From Mobula hypostoma (Eukaryota): a stretch of 64,000 bases of DNA. A program made the translations under genes and the position numbers. The notes below the pieces were generated by a model. The model was not told the origin of the DNA. It ran no database searches and worked only from the letters and a program-made list of their open reading frames with translations. Within the stretch, counting starts at the first letter, position 1. Every line of letters starts with the position of its first letter. Shown in pieces: positions 47,788-61,260 of the stretch. The stretch covers positions 19,096,001-19,160,000 of the forward strand of contig NC_086106.1 in assembly GCF_963921235.1 (NCBI RefSeq), read 5' to 3'.

Positions 47788-48110
47788 TGCTCCTGTGTGT
47801 TATGTACGACAGACCACCTAATAGCCACCAGGACATTGAGGAACAGATACGTAATCTGATTAAGTAAATGTGTAAAAATAATAGGGTTGTTCTCATGGGC
47901 ATTTTAAAATTTCCTCATATAAACTAGGACCTTCTTCGTGTAAGGGTTTCAGATGGGGCTGAATTTATTCGGTGCATCCAGGAAGGTTTCTTAAATCAAT
48001 ATGTGCATGGTCCAATGAAAGTAGGGGCCATACTGTACCTGGTGTTGGGTAATGAGCCCGACCAGGGAACTGATCTTTCAGTGGATGAAGAGTGACCACA
48101 ACTCCTAATC
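47788..48110 (+). mobile_element. CR1 3' tip and endonuclease remnant
   Basis: YDRPPNSHQDIEEQI...GNEPDQ. Confidence 0.6.
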
Positions 48111-48376
48111 TTTCAGGAAGTTTCAGACTACTGTGCTATTCCATGCCCTCACTTTGGGAAGTCAGATCATCTGGTTGTACTTCTACTCCCTGAATATAGG
48201 CAGAGACTGAAGACTGCAGCACCAGTAGTGAGGACCAAGAAGGTATGGACCAGGGAAGTACAGGAGTGCTTACAGGACTGCTTTGAATTGGTGGTCTGGA
48301 CCGTATTCAGGGATTCATATTTGAATCTGGACTAGTATGCCGCAGTTGTTACGGACCTCATTCAAACCTGTGTGGA

Positions 48377-51225
48377 TTTTTCAAGATTTTTATACTGAAC
48401 TTTATAAATCTCTATGTCCAGTAGATTCTTCCAAAGTGAATGCTTTCTTACAAAAGATTGCTTTTCCTAAAATTTCTGTTGAGGATCAAAAAACTCTTGA
48501 TGTCCAAATTACTGAAGCCGAAATTTATAAAGCTATTTTCTCAATGCAATCTGGTAAGGCCCCTGGACGTGATGGCTATCCTGTAGAATTTTATAAAAAA
48601 TTTGGAAAATTGCATGCTCCATATATGTTGGAATTGTTTAAGGATTCACTTGTGAAAGGTGATTTACCCTCTACTTTTTATGAGGCTTCTATTTCTTTAA
48701 TTATTAAAAGGGATAAAGATCTTGCTGATTGTGCCTCATACAAACCTATTTCATTATTGAATGTCAATGCTAAGATTCTGTCAAAGATAATGGCCAATCG
48801 GTTGGAGAATATTTTATGTAAAATTATTTTTAAAGATCAAACAGGCATTATAAAGGGTCTTTATTCTTTTTCGAATGTTTGGTGATTATTTAACATCATA
48901 TATTTGTCCTCTTTTAAAACCCCACAATGCGTTGTCTCTTTGGATGCTGAAAAAGCATTTGAGCGAGTTGAATGGAAATATTTATTTAACGTTTCAGAGA
49001 AATTTGGCTTTGGTATTAATTTTAATTATTGGATTAGAATGATATATAAAACTATTGCTACTGTTATGACTAATAACTGTAGATCCCCTTTTTTCAGCTT
49101 TCACGGGACAAGACAAGGTTGTCCATTAAGTCCTTTGTTATTTAATTTAATACTAGAACCCCTTGCTATTGCTCTTCGTGAAGCTAAAGATATTTTTGGG
49201 ATTTTTGTGAATGAGACCATTCATAAGATTTCTCTTTACGCTGACGATTTACTGGTTTACATATCCAATCCCCAAAAATCTATTCCTGCCTTGCGAAAAT
49301 TATTTAATGAATTTGGAGATTTTTCAAGATATAAAATAAAATTTAGTAAAAGTGAACTGTTTCCTTTAAATGAAACTGTGTCTATATATGATAATTCTCC
49401 TTTCAAAGTCACAGATTCCTTTAGATATTTAGGTGTTATAATCACTTAAAAATGTAAGGATCATTATAAAGCTAATTTTGTTCCCTTGGTGGATTCTATG
49501 AAGTATTTATTTAGTAGATGGAACCCACATACCTTTTCACTAGTTGGTCGCATCCATATGGTCAAAGTGATGATTTTACCAAAATTTTTATATTTATTTC
49601 AGAATATCGCAGTTTTTCTGACTAAGAAGTTTTTTTGATCGGATTGATTTTATTATTTTATCTTTTATTTGGAATAATAAAAGACCAAGAATTAGTAAAT
49701 GTCACTTACAAAAGTTGAAAAAGGATGGAGGTCTCGCTTCGCCTAATTTAAGCATGTATTACTGGGCCATTAATGTGCGATATATGTCCTTTCGGTTTCA
49801 CTGGGTTGATAAGAATGATCGGGCAATTTGGGTAGACTTGGAATTGAAAGCTGTGAAACAGTTTTATTTAACCTCGTTATTGGGAGCTGCTTTACCTATA
49901 CAATTAGCTAAAGTTGCTAATTTAAATTTATACCCTGTGATTAAGCATTCTTTACAAACTTGGCTCCAGTTCTGCAATTTTTTTAATCTTAAAAAATTTA
50001 AACTTTGTAGTTTAATTTTTCGAAATTAATTTTTTAAGCTTTCTTTGAGTGATCCAATTTTTTTACTTTGGAAAAATAAAGGTATTAATTCTTTTTTTGG
50101 ATTTATTTAAAGAAGATAGACTGATGTCTTTTGAACAATTAGTTGATAAATATTCTCTTTCATACTCAGTTTTTACAATACCTTCAAGTTAGACATTTCT
50201 TACAAAAATATTTCAGTAATTTTCCTTACATATTGGATGCCGACCTGTTGGATACTATTACGAGTATGAACCCTTTGATGAAGGGTTCCATTGGAAGAAT
50301 TTATAATTTATTATTACAATGGGATAAGCGTCCTTTATTTAAGATTAAACAAAATTGGGAAAAGGAACTTAATTTGACTTCTATGACGGAGGACTGGACG
50401 CGGATTCTGAAATTGGTTAACTCTTCTTCGACCTGTACTAGTCATTCACTGATTCAATTTAAAATTGTACATCGTTACTATTTGACGTAGGAGATACTAT
50501 CTAAAGAGTTTCCTAATGTTGATAGTTATTGCGATAAATGTAAAACTGAGACAGCTACACTGACACACATGTTTTGTTCCTGTTCTATACTAGAATACTT
50601 CTGGAAGTCAGTTTTTTCTACAATTTCTAAAGCACTTAAAATTAATTTACAACCTAACAAATTAACTGCACTTTCTGGAATAATTCCTCAAAATATTCAC
50701 GGTATCTCTTTGTCTGACCAACACGTTACTGCATTTGTTACATTAATAGTTAGGAGGGCCATTTTGTCGAAGTGGAAGGATACATCGGCTCCCATTCCGT
50801 CACAATGGTTCTCTCAAGTGATGCTATGTCTTAGTTCGGAGAAAATTAGAAGCCGAACCTTTGAACCTATGTTTGATTTTGAGAAAAGATGGGGTTCATT
50901 TGCTCGCTACTATCATTTGAATTAATTGATAGATTTTCTCCACGATCGAATTGTAAATTTTTGGTACATTTTTTTTTCTTGCTGGCAGTTTGATGTTTAT
51001 CTTTAGAAGCTTTCTGTATGACGCATGGCTCCGGTGTTGAACAGCAGCTGGGTTTTTTTCCTCACTTTTCCTTGCTGAGGGGTTTTTTTCCTCTTTCTTT
51101 GTCACCAAATTTTTTTCAATCTTTAAAACAATGTTTTCTTTTTCTTAAGACATTGTAAGTGTTGCCTACTTCCATGTACTCTTGTTAGTTTTGGATAATA
51201 ATAATAAAAAGTTTTGAAAAGAAAG
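48377..51225 (+). mobile_element. 5'-truncated L1 (RT to 3' end)
   Basis: GKAPGRDG, SLDAEKAF, GTRQGCPLSPLLF, LYADD, and C-terminal CDKC...HMFC. A-rich tail at about 51200-51225. Confidence 0.9.
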
Positions 51226-52146
51226 AATTGCTGTTCATTCCCAAGCATAAAGCCATGGATGAACCAGGAGGTATGTTGTCTGCTGAAGGCTGGATCTGTG
51301 GCATTCAAGGCTGTCGACCCAGATCTGTAGCAGAAAACCCGTTATGACTTATAGAGGCTACCTCACGGGCAAAGAGACAATTTCGAGCGAGGTTGGTGGC
51401 AACATCGGATGTACAACTCTGGCAGGGTTTGCAAGACATTACTTTCTACAAAGCAAAACCCAAAAGCATGAATGGCAGCGATGCTTCACTACCAGATGAA
51501 CTTAACGTCTTCTATGCCCACTTTGAAAGGGAGAATATAACTACAGCTGCAAAGATCCCCGCGACCTCTGTCTCAGAGGCCGATGTTAAACTGTTTTTAA
51601 AGAACGTGAACCCTCTCAAGGCATAAGGCCCTGATGATCTACCAGGTAAGGCTCTGAAAACTTGTGCCATCCAACTGGTGAGAGTATTCAAGGACATTTT
51701 CAACCTCTCACTGCTATGGGAGAAGTTCCCACTTGCTTCAAAAAGGCAACAATTATACCAGTGCCTAAGAAGAATAATGTGAGCTGCCTTTATGACTATC
51801 GCCTAGTTACACTCATATCTGCAGTGATGAAATGCTTTGAGAGGTCAGTCATGATGAGATTGAACTCCTGCCTCAGCAAGGACCTGGATCCACTACAGTT
51901 TGCCTATTGCCACAAGAGATCAACGGCAGACGCAATCTCAATGGCTCTTCACACGGTCTTGGACCACCTGGACAATACAAACACCTATTTCAGGATGCTG
52001 TTCATCGACTGTAGCTCAGCATTTAACACCATCATTCCCACAATCCTGACTGATATGTTCCAGCACCTGGCCCTCTGTACCTCCCTCTGCAATTAGATCC
52101 TTGACTTCCTAACCAGAAGACCACAATTGGTGATAATATCTCACCT

Positions 52147-52844
52147 GCGGCCTCTTTAAGTCATATGTTTTGGTCTTGTATAAAGCGAGATAACTTTTAG
52201 AGAGATGTTTTTAAAACGCTATCAAAAGTCTTGGATCAGGACCTACAACCTAACTTACTTACGGCAATCTTTGGGATTATCCCATCGGAAGCAGGAACTA
52301 TTCATGTTTCCGCTCAATGTATGATAGCCTTTTCAACTTTATTGGCTAGGAGAGCCATTTTAATGAAGTGGAAGGATTCTAATCCACATACTGTCTTTTT
52401 TGGCCTTCCTCCATTATGTCCTGTTTTAGTTTAGAGCAAATCTGGTGACCTTTTATTCAATATTTTCATTTGATTTGATTTCTTACGCTCCCAATTTTTT
52501 TTTTTTGAAGTTTTAGATTTGATCAGAAAGTCTTCCCTTTTTTTTGTCATATCCTCAGAATGGACTGCCCAGTCCCTTTTTTCTCCCTTTTTTCTTATAG
52601 TTTAGTGTTTTTTACCTTCATTTTGAAAATATAAAGTTTTTTTTCTCTATGAATTGTTAAAAGGAGAATTAGTTGTCTTTTTTAATTATATATTACATAT
52701 TTGCTTAATACTACGTATGATTTTGATAATGTCTATTTCACTTTCTGTTTGTATTGTTATTGATAGATATATTTCAGATAAATCTCCTCTTGTTTGCATA
52801 TAGGCTCTTTTTAAATCAATAAAAAGATTAATAAATAATGAAAG
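52147..52844 (+). mobile_element. Short L1 3' end with 12-bp TSD inside Rex1
   Basis: AATATCTCACCT at 52135-52146 and 52845-52856; LLARRAILMKWK; AATAAAAAGATT tail. Confidence 0.9.
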
Positions 52845-53829
52845 AATATCTCACCTTTGCTGACGATCAGCACTGGTGCAGTTCAGGGGTGTGTGCTTTG
52901 CCCACTGCTCTACCTTCTCGATACCCATGACTGTGTGGCTGGGCATAGCTAAAACAGCATCTATAAATTTGCCAGTGACACGACCTTTGTTGGTGGAATA
53001 TCAGGTGGAGACAAGAGAGTGGACTGGAGTGAGATATGCCAACTACTGGAGTGGTGTCGCAGTAACAACCTTGCACTCAACGTCAGTACGACCAAAGAGC
53101 TGATTGTGGACTTCAGGAAGGGTAAGACGAAGCAACACATCCCAATCCTCATAGAGGGATCAGAAGTGGGAGAGTGAGTCGTTTCAAGTCCCTGGGTGTC
53201 AAGATCTCTGAGAACCTAATCTGGTGCCAACATATCGATGCAGTTATACAGAAGGCAAGACAGTGACTGTACTTCATCAGCAGTTTGAAGTGAATTGGTT
53301 TGTCAACAAAAACATTCAAAAACCTCGACAGATGTACGGTGGAGAGCATTCTGACAGGCTGCATCACTGTCTGGTATGGGGAGCTACTGCACTGGACTGA
53401 AAGAAGCTGCAGTGGGTCGTAAATCTCCAGCTTGCATACTAGCCTACAAAGTACCCAGGACTTCTTCAAGGAGCAGAGTCTCAGAAAGAAAGTGTCCATT
53501 ACTAGGACCCCCAGCACCCAGGGCAAGCCGTTTTCTCACTGTTACCATCAGAAGCCTGAAGGTACACACTCAGCGATTCAGGAACAGCTTCTTCCCCTCT
53601 GCCATCCGATTCCTAAATGGACATTGAACGCATGAACACGACATCACTCTTTCAATATATATTATTTCTGTTTTTGCACGATTTTTAATCTCTTCAATAC
53701 ACATATACTGTAATTGATTGATTTTTTTCTTCTTCTTTTATATTATGTATTGCTTTGAACTGCTGCTGCTAAGTTAACAAATTTCACGACACATGCCGGT
53801 GATAATAATCCTGGTTCTGATTCTGATTG

Positions 53830-54242
53830 TGATTTTATTTGCAGACAGGGATAGATGTGGTCCTTGTGGAAGAGTTTTAAATTGAGGTCAAGGTATTTAC
53901 AAGGGCATTTGGCAGGAATTAATAAGTGTTGGTTGGGAACATCTTTTCTCTGGCTGACCACATCAGACATGTGGAGGGTGTTTAAAGAGCAATTGCACAG
54001 AGGGCAGGAAAGGTATGTTCCTGTCAGAAGGAAGGATGGGGATGGAAATACAAGAGAACATTGGATGTCTCGGGAGGTGATGAATTTAGTCAAGAAGAAA
54101 AAGAAAATGTATGTAGAGCTTCAGAAATTAGCACATGAGGAGTATAAAGAAGCCAAAAAGGAACAAAAGAGAATGAAGAAAGCCAGGAGAGGCCACAAAA
54201 TGTCCTTGTCAAGTAGGATTAAGGTGAGTCCCAAGGCATTCT
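53830..54242 (+). mobile_element. CR1 linker fragment, cut by the LTR
   Basis: WRVFKEQLHRGQERYVPVRRKDGDG, the same region as 2495-2780. Confidence 0.8.
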
Positions 54243-54499
54243 TGTGGTAAACCATATATATATGTTGTAACTGGGTTACCTGTCTGGACACACCCCGCTG
54301 CTGACTGTCCCTGTGGCTCCTCCCACAGACCCTGAATAAAGGCGATTTCGCCATTGCTCCTCCTCCTCAGTCCAGGGGGCAGACACTCAGCATGGAGGTC
54401 ACATTTTACTGCGAATAAAAGCCTTTCAGTATTTACCCTACTTCCAGTCTTTTGGAGTAATTGAAGGTGCATCAACTTTACTCACAGTAATTTTAAAGC

Positions 54500-57400
54500 A
54501 TCAAACATACCTGAGACCTGACAAGTTAGACCTCGAACCACAAACACCTGAAGCTGGAAACGCTTTCGAACTCTGGCTGGCTTGCTTCGAATCACACCTA
54601 GAGGCGATTAAAGCAACCGACTCCACAGCGAATCGCAGAGTTCCACTCTCCAGGGTCAGTCCACGGGTCTACTCGATGATCAGAGACCAGCTGAGCTACG
54701 ACGGCGCGATGAGCGCACTCAAAGGACAATACCTGTGTCCGGTAAACACCGTCTACGTGCGGCATCGCTCAGCGACTCGGCACCAGCGGCCCGGGGAATC
54801 AAGTGCTGAGTTTGTCCGGGCTCTACAGACGCCCGTGCAGGCCTGCGATTGCCAGGGACTGACGGCAGGACAGCATGCAGAGCTCCGAGTGAGAGACGCC
54901 TTCGTCATGGGGACCAGGTCAGTGTATGTGCGCCAGTGGCTATTTGAAAAAGCTGATCTTACCCTACGTTTGGCGATCAAGCTGGCCGACACGCTGGAGG
55001 CCGCTCTGCACAACTCTGAGGCTCTCCAGGCACGCGATCCCCCGATGGCCTCGTGGGCGCTGCAGACCCCACAACCCGCCGGCGAATCGACATCGGCTGC
55101 TGCCAGTCGCGAGTCCGTGAAGTGCTACTTCTGCAGACTCCAGAAGCACCCCCGGAAACGCTGCCCGGCCCGAGAAACTCCAGCTGCGGAAAGAAGGGCC
55201 ACTTAGCCAAGGTCTGTAAGTCCAAACTGTGAGCGGGATCGAGCAGCACCGCGTGCGAGACATGGGGATTGCCATCTTACCTGCTGCCATCTTCCCTGCA
55301 CGCCGCCACCACATGCGAGACATGGGGGCGGCCATCTTACCTGCCGCTATCTTCCCTGCACGCCGCCACCACGTGTGAGACATGGGGGCGGCCATCTTGG
55401 TCGGCGCCACCCCCCCCCCACCGCCTACGACCAGCGGGTGCTCACGTGGCACCGCACCGCGCCGGACCAAGACAGCGACTCAACGCTGGCCTCCGTGACC
55501 CTCGACCAAAGCGCTCCCCACCAGTTCGCAAAGTCAATGATGGACATCCTGGTGGAGGGGCGCAGGACAAGCTGCCTGTTTGACACGGGCAGCACGGAGA
55601 GTTTTATCCACCCGGACACGGTGCAGCATTGCAGACTTGTGATACGGCCGGTAAGTCAGACAGTCGCCATGGCTTCCAGGTCGCAAAAACAGACATCCGG
55701 GGGGTTGTGTAGCGACGCTAGTTGTGCAGGGCACAGGATATCGATACTTTACGTTACTGGTCTTGCCTCAACTGTGTGCCCCTGTGCTATTGGGGCTCGA
55801 CTTCCAGAGCCACCTGAAAAGCGTGACAATGGAGTATGATGGGCCCCTCCCACCAATCACTGTCGTAAATCCCCAATTTTATAGGGATACGTCACATACC
55901 CCGCTACTGACCACCCCCACACACCAACCCGCACATCCCACCCAACACCATGCCAACTGCCGCACTACCAACACCACTTGCGGCCTCTCCACCCTCAAGA
56001 TCCCTCCCCCACCGCTGTTTGCCAACCTGACCCCCAACTGTAAACCTGTGGCAACTAAAAGCAGGAGGTCCAGCGCGGGGGACAGAGCCTTCATTAAGTC
56101 GGAGGTGCAGCAGCTGCTCGGGGGGGGGGGGGTCATTGAGACAAGCACAAGTCCTTGGAGGGCGCAGGTGGTGGTTGTTCAGAACGGGGAGAAGAATAGG
56201 ATGGTCGTGGACTATAGCCAGACCATCAATAGGTTCACGCAGCTTGATACGTACCCTCTACCCCGCATCGCGGATATGGTCAATCAGATAGCACAATACG
56301 AAGTGTACTCGACCATAGACCTAAAATCCGCTTACCACCAGCTCCCCATCCACCAGGAGATCCGCCCTTACACCGCCTTCGAGGCAGACGGCAGGCTTTA
56401 TCACTTCCTGCGCATCCCCTTCGGTGTCACAAATGGTGTATCTGTCTTCCAGAGGGCAATGGACCGGATGGTGGACCAGTGCCAACTGAAGGCCACATTC
56501 CCATATCTGGATAACATCACCATCTGCGGTCACGACCGGCAGGATCACGACAACAACCTCCAAAAATTTCTCCAAGCAGCCAAAGCTTTCAATCTCACCT
56601 ACAACAAGGACAAGTGTGGGTTTGGGACCACCCGACTTGCTATCCTTGGGTGTGTCGTGGAGAATGGAGTCATTGGCCCTGACTCTGACTGTATGCACCC
56701 CCTGTTGGAACTCCCCCTTCCCAACACCCTCAGAGCCCTCAAAAGGTGCCTGGGCTTCTTTTCATATTACGCCCAATGGGTCTCTAACTACGCAGACAAG
56801 GCCCGCCCCCTGGTCAAGTCCACCACATTCCCCCTCTCAGCCGAGGCCCCCGCGGCCTTCAGCCGCATAAAAGCGGACATTGCCAAAGCAGCAATGCATG
56901 AGGTGGATGAGGCCATTCCCTTCCAAGTAGAGAGTGACGCCTCCGACCTTGCACTGCCTGCTACCCTCAATCAGGCAGGAAGACCGGTGGCATTCTTCTC
57001 CTGTACCCTTCAAGGCCCTGAAAATCAGCACTCCGCGGTGGAGAAAGAGGCCCAGGCCATAGTGGAAGCTATTAGGCACTGGAGGCACCATCTCGCCGGC
57101 AAGAAGTTCACCCTGCTGACTGAACGCGCTCAGTCGCATTCATGTTTAATAACCAACAGCGGGGCAAAATCAAAAATGATGAAATTCTGAGGTGGAGAAT
57201 CGAACTCTCCACCTTCAACTATGACATCATGTACAGGCCTGGGAAGCTCAATGAGCCCTCCGATACCCTATCCCGGGGAACGTGCACCAGCGCGCCTATC
57301 GACCGGCTATACGCCCTGCATGTAGATCATTGCCACACGGGGTCACCCAGCTTTTCCACTTCGTGAAAGCCCAGAACCTGCCTTACTTCCTTGGGGAGAT

Positions 57401-57870
57401 CAGGACGATGACCAGGGACCGCCAAGTCTGTGCAGAGTGCAAACCGCACTTCTACCGAACCGAAAAGGCACAACTCATCAAGGTCAACCGCCCTTTGAGT
57501 GACTGAGTATTGACTTTAAGGGCCCCCTTCCCTCCACCGACCACAATGTGTACTTTCTTAACGTTATCGACGAGCACTCACGGTTCCCCTTCACCATACC
57601 CTGCCCCGACACCACTACCAAGTCAGTTATAAAAGCCCTGTGCAAGCTCTTCACTCTGTTCGGATACCCGTGCTATATCCACAGTGACAGGGGGTCCTCA
57701 CTCGTAGCCCTCAGGTCAAAGGGACTGCCGGTCTCCCACTGGCAGGAGGTCCTTCCCGAGGCACTCCACTCCATCCACTCCCTGTTATGCACGTCCACCA
57801 ATGCCACCCCTCATGAGCGGCTCTTTTCTTTTCCCAGAAAGTCGACCACTGGGACCACCCTACCAACTTA
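54500..57870 (+). pseudogene. Gypsy gag-pol with frameshifts, YLDD changed to YLDN, and partially deleted integrase core
   Basis: ORFs 54676, 55375, 55724-57190, 57142, 57282 and 57548. IN jumps from SDRGSSL to VALRSKGLP. Confidence 0.85.
55250..55400. repeat. 60-bp tandem repeat (~2.5 units) between gag and protease
   Basis: Units start at 55261, 55321 and 55381; each carries GCCATCTT motifs. Confidence 0.9.
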
Positions 57871-58617
57871 GCTGACATCCCTGGGGTCAGTGCTGCTCCA
57901 GAAACATGCGAGGAGCAATAAATACTCCCAGATGGTCGAGAGGGCTCACTTACTTCATGCGAACCCCCAGTATGCAATGTGGTTTTACCTGATGGGCGGG
58001 AGGACACGGTCTCCATCAGCGACCTGGTGCCCGCAGGAGCACCGGGCCCCGACCCTGAACACTCCGTGGTGACTATTAACCCCGTATCCACCGATATCTG
58101 TACCCACCGGACACCGCGCACTCCAAGCCCCACACAGACACCACAGGACACTCCCATACCGGGCCCGACGCACACGCACGAGGGATGACCAACACCTAAC
58201 GTGCTGACACCTCAAGTCAGGCCGGAGCCAGCACAACCGCCGTTGCCAGTGCAATCACCACCGGTGCTACGTAGATCACAGCGACGGACTCGACCGCCTG
58301 ACAGACTTGACCTGTAAATATGCTTTTTAAAATATTGTCAGTCACTTCACCTCGTGGAACTCTTTTTTAAAATAAAAAGGAGGGATGAATGTGGTAAAAC
58401 ATATATATGTTGGAACTGGGTTAACAGTCTGGAAACGCCCCTCTGCTGACTGCCCCTGTGGCTCCTCCCGCAGACCCCTGAATAAAGGTGATTTCACCTT
58501 GCTCCTCCCCCTCAGTCCAGGGGCAGACACTCAGCATGGAAGTCGTATTTTACTGCGAATAAAAGCCTTTCAGTATTTACCCTACTTCAGTCTTTTGGAG
58601 TTATTGAAGGTGCTTCA

Positions 58618-61260
58618 TTATCCTAATTCTCCGCACCCCATGTCCAATCAAACTGTGGGGACAGGAGCTTCTCCATTCCATGCACGATCTCCCTTTAATC
58701 TCTCAGCTGAAAGCAGTACCTCTGTCCCTCTGTACTACAGTGAACAGCCAAGTCAGCCTGAATTTCTGTTCTCACATCACTAAAAAGTGACTTAACAGCA
58801 TCAGTGCCCTGGAACAGAACTCACTGTGGGGACCAAAGCCTTTGGCCTGCTCGGTGTTCAGCTGAAGGAAACTTTGTGCATCCTGCAGCATCCCCCATCA
58901 GAGAGTGTGGAGCTGTTGGTACAAGTACAGGTGACACAGAACTGGAGATCGACCATGAACATGTTTTAATGTGATGACAGCAGGAGAGAGCATTTTGAAA
59001 AAGTATGTCAATGCAGGAAAATACAACAGATACTGGGATAAACACATTAGGAGTAGAAAACATTAAACAGTTACTAATCAATGCAAACCAAGAATAGAAC
59101 AGAACAGCTGTTTAGATGATGGGCACCAGCACCTGATTTGAGCAGAGTAAGTCCAAGAAACAGACATTGCAGGAAGGCACACAGGAGCAGATATTGAAGG
59201 AATATACTCCAGGAATAGACATTGGGGAAAACTATGAAGGACCAGACAATGGGAAAAATACCCCTCCACAGAACCAGAAATTGTGGTTAATTGTCAACTT
59301 TGTTCATGAGGGAATATGACAGAGATTGGGAATACACGATTGATCTTCAGGAAGGTTGTGATTCCCATGTATGAGACAATTTTAAAATCAGTTATTTGGA
59401 AGAATCTGGGAATCAGATTCCAAACCCCACATCTCAGGGATGCACCATGTCAGTCATATGGGAAAATATATGTGGAGCAGATTTTAGAAACTGCACCCAA
59501 AATCACAGGTTGTAGGAGTTTCCCTGTGCCCATAACCTGGAGTGCAGAGCAGGTCATGAGGGTGCATGGCACTGAATCAGATACTGGGGACGTTATTGCA
59601 GGAAAAGGAGATGACTTGGGACCAGCTCCAAATTTAATTAAAAATTAATTAAGAATTAAGTCACAGTTACATGTTTAATCAACTGACTTTAAACATCCCC
59701 GCGGCCATGACGTGATCTGAACTCAGCTGTCTACGTCACAAACTCAGCTTCTTGGTTCCATATGTTTTGCTCAGCAACCAGTCTCCCTCCCAGTCTCACG
59801 CTCCAGCCAACTAGAAAGCCAGGATGTGCAACTGAGAACCTTACCTTGTCACTGGCCTCTGCTCCCCTCTGGGAATGTCGGCTCCCGACACTGACCTGCC
59901 CACTCCTTCTTTCCCTCCCTGATTTCGTGCTGCCAGTCCTCCAGCATATCTTACACCCTTCACTGCTCACAGTAACAGCATTGCCTTCTGCTTCCTGTTT
60001 GTGTCTCTGCCTCTCTCTCTCTCAGCTAATGGCTCTGACAGTCTGTTTGTACAAAGTGCAGGCAGCTTGTCAGAGCCAGCATCTGACCCTGTGCTCTGTG
60101 GGGTGGGAGGGAGAAATGAGGCAGCAGATTGGAAGTTTGAAAAGTTTGAAATGAGCTGAGGGAAGGTGGAAGGAGAGAGAGAGAAGCAGGAAGGACAAGG
60201 TGAGAGAGGTCACAGGGTTAGAGGGAGAAACTCTCCAAGGCCAGGATACCAGACTAATATCCAAATCTGTGCCATCTTCCTCACTGCCTCCTCTGCACCC
60301 TGTGTTCCAGACACTGGGAATCTCCCCGACTTTGTGAATGTGTGGCTCTCCAAAATCTGATCCAAGTATATTTTAGCACAATACTGCATTTGGGGGCATT
60401 CCCACAGAGACGGACTGAGAATTATTCCTTTCAATCTCATCCAAATGACTGCTGTTACCTGGATGAAGGAAGCCTCTCATTGATGGGAATCGATCCCATA
60501 TTCCTGAGTATTAGATGACAGCTGACACTAAGATAGATGGTATTGTGGGGAGTGAAGAAGGTTAGCAACAATTACAGTGGGATCTTGATCAGCTGGGTGG
60601 GTGAGATGAGGAATTACAAATAGAGTATTATTCAGATGAGGATGTCTCAGAGCGATTGCAGAACATTCTCAGTGTGGAGGGTGAGCAAACAGAAGTGGTT
60701 GCACACATTGGCTCAAATGACAATTGGAAGAAAAAATGGATGTACTGCTGTGCAGTGAATATAGGGAGAAAGAAAAGATGTTAAAATGGAAGACCCCAAC
60801 AGTGGTAATCTCTGGATTATTCCCAGTACCATGTGCAGGTGAGGTTAAAAATTGAACTGATCGTAGATTAGTACATTGCTGAAACCTTGCACAGGGAGCA
60901 GGAATTCAGTTCAGTTGAGCAATTCAAGAAGGATTACAATTAAAAATAAAATGTTGGGAACTATAGATGAGTAAATCCAATATCTCTGGTAGGAAGCTAA
61001 TATAACGGAGCAAAAACTGGTGAGAAATTAGAATGGGAAGATTTTAAAAACATCAGAAGGCAATTTACAAAAACAAGGAGGCAAAACATCGAATACAAAA
61101 GTAAGTTAGCCAATAATATTGAAGAGGTTACCAAAAGATTCTGCAGATACATAAAGTGTAAAAGAGAGGCGAGATGGATATCAGACCACTGGAAAACGAG
61201 GCTGGAGAGGTAGTAATCGGGGACAAGGAAATGATGGACAAACTGAACAAGTATTTTTCA
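58618..61260. repeat. Segmental duplication, copy B
   Basis: Colinear with 16400-17011 plus 19910-21960. kB sites at 59515-59524, 60316-60325 and 60393-60402; donor at 59845/59844; micro-exon 58825-58861. Confidence 0.92.

Larger units (their letters stand above)
48115..53830 (+). mobile_element. Rex1/Babar LINE (EN C-terminus to 3' end) interrupted by two L1 insertions
   Basis: PHFGKSDH at about 48150; [15 protein letters not shown]...LDPLQFAY...[11 protein letters not shown]; (TTCTGA)n tail at about 53815. Confidence 0.88.
54243..58617 (+). mobile_element. Ty3/Gypsy LTR retrotransposon (gag-PR-RT-RH-IN), decayed
   Basis: LTRs at 54243-54474 and 58390-58617 (TGTGG...TCA). PPT AAAAAGGAGGGATGAA. 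CYFCRLQKHPRKRC, LFDTGS, SPWRAQVVVV, YLDN, SDASD and SDRG motifs. Confidence 0.93.

Noticed and set aside
53830-54242. CR1 here as the duplicate of the CR1 at 510-2780 (extending the segmental duplication)
   Set aside because: Divergence looks about 20%, much greater than within the duplicated module, so it is more likely an independent insertion.
59731-59970. Coding first exon in the duplicated module
   Set aside because: The ORF starts at a non-ATG codon. The ATG frame (MLEDWQHEIREG...) stops just before the donor, and the micro-exon frame meets ATG ATG TGA in the next exon.
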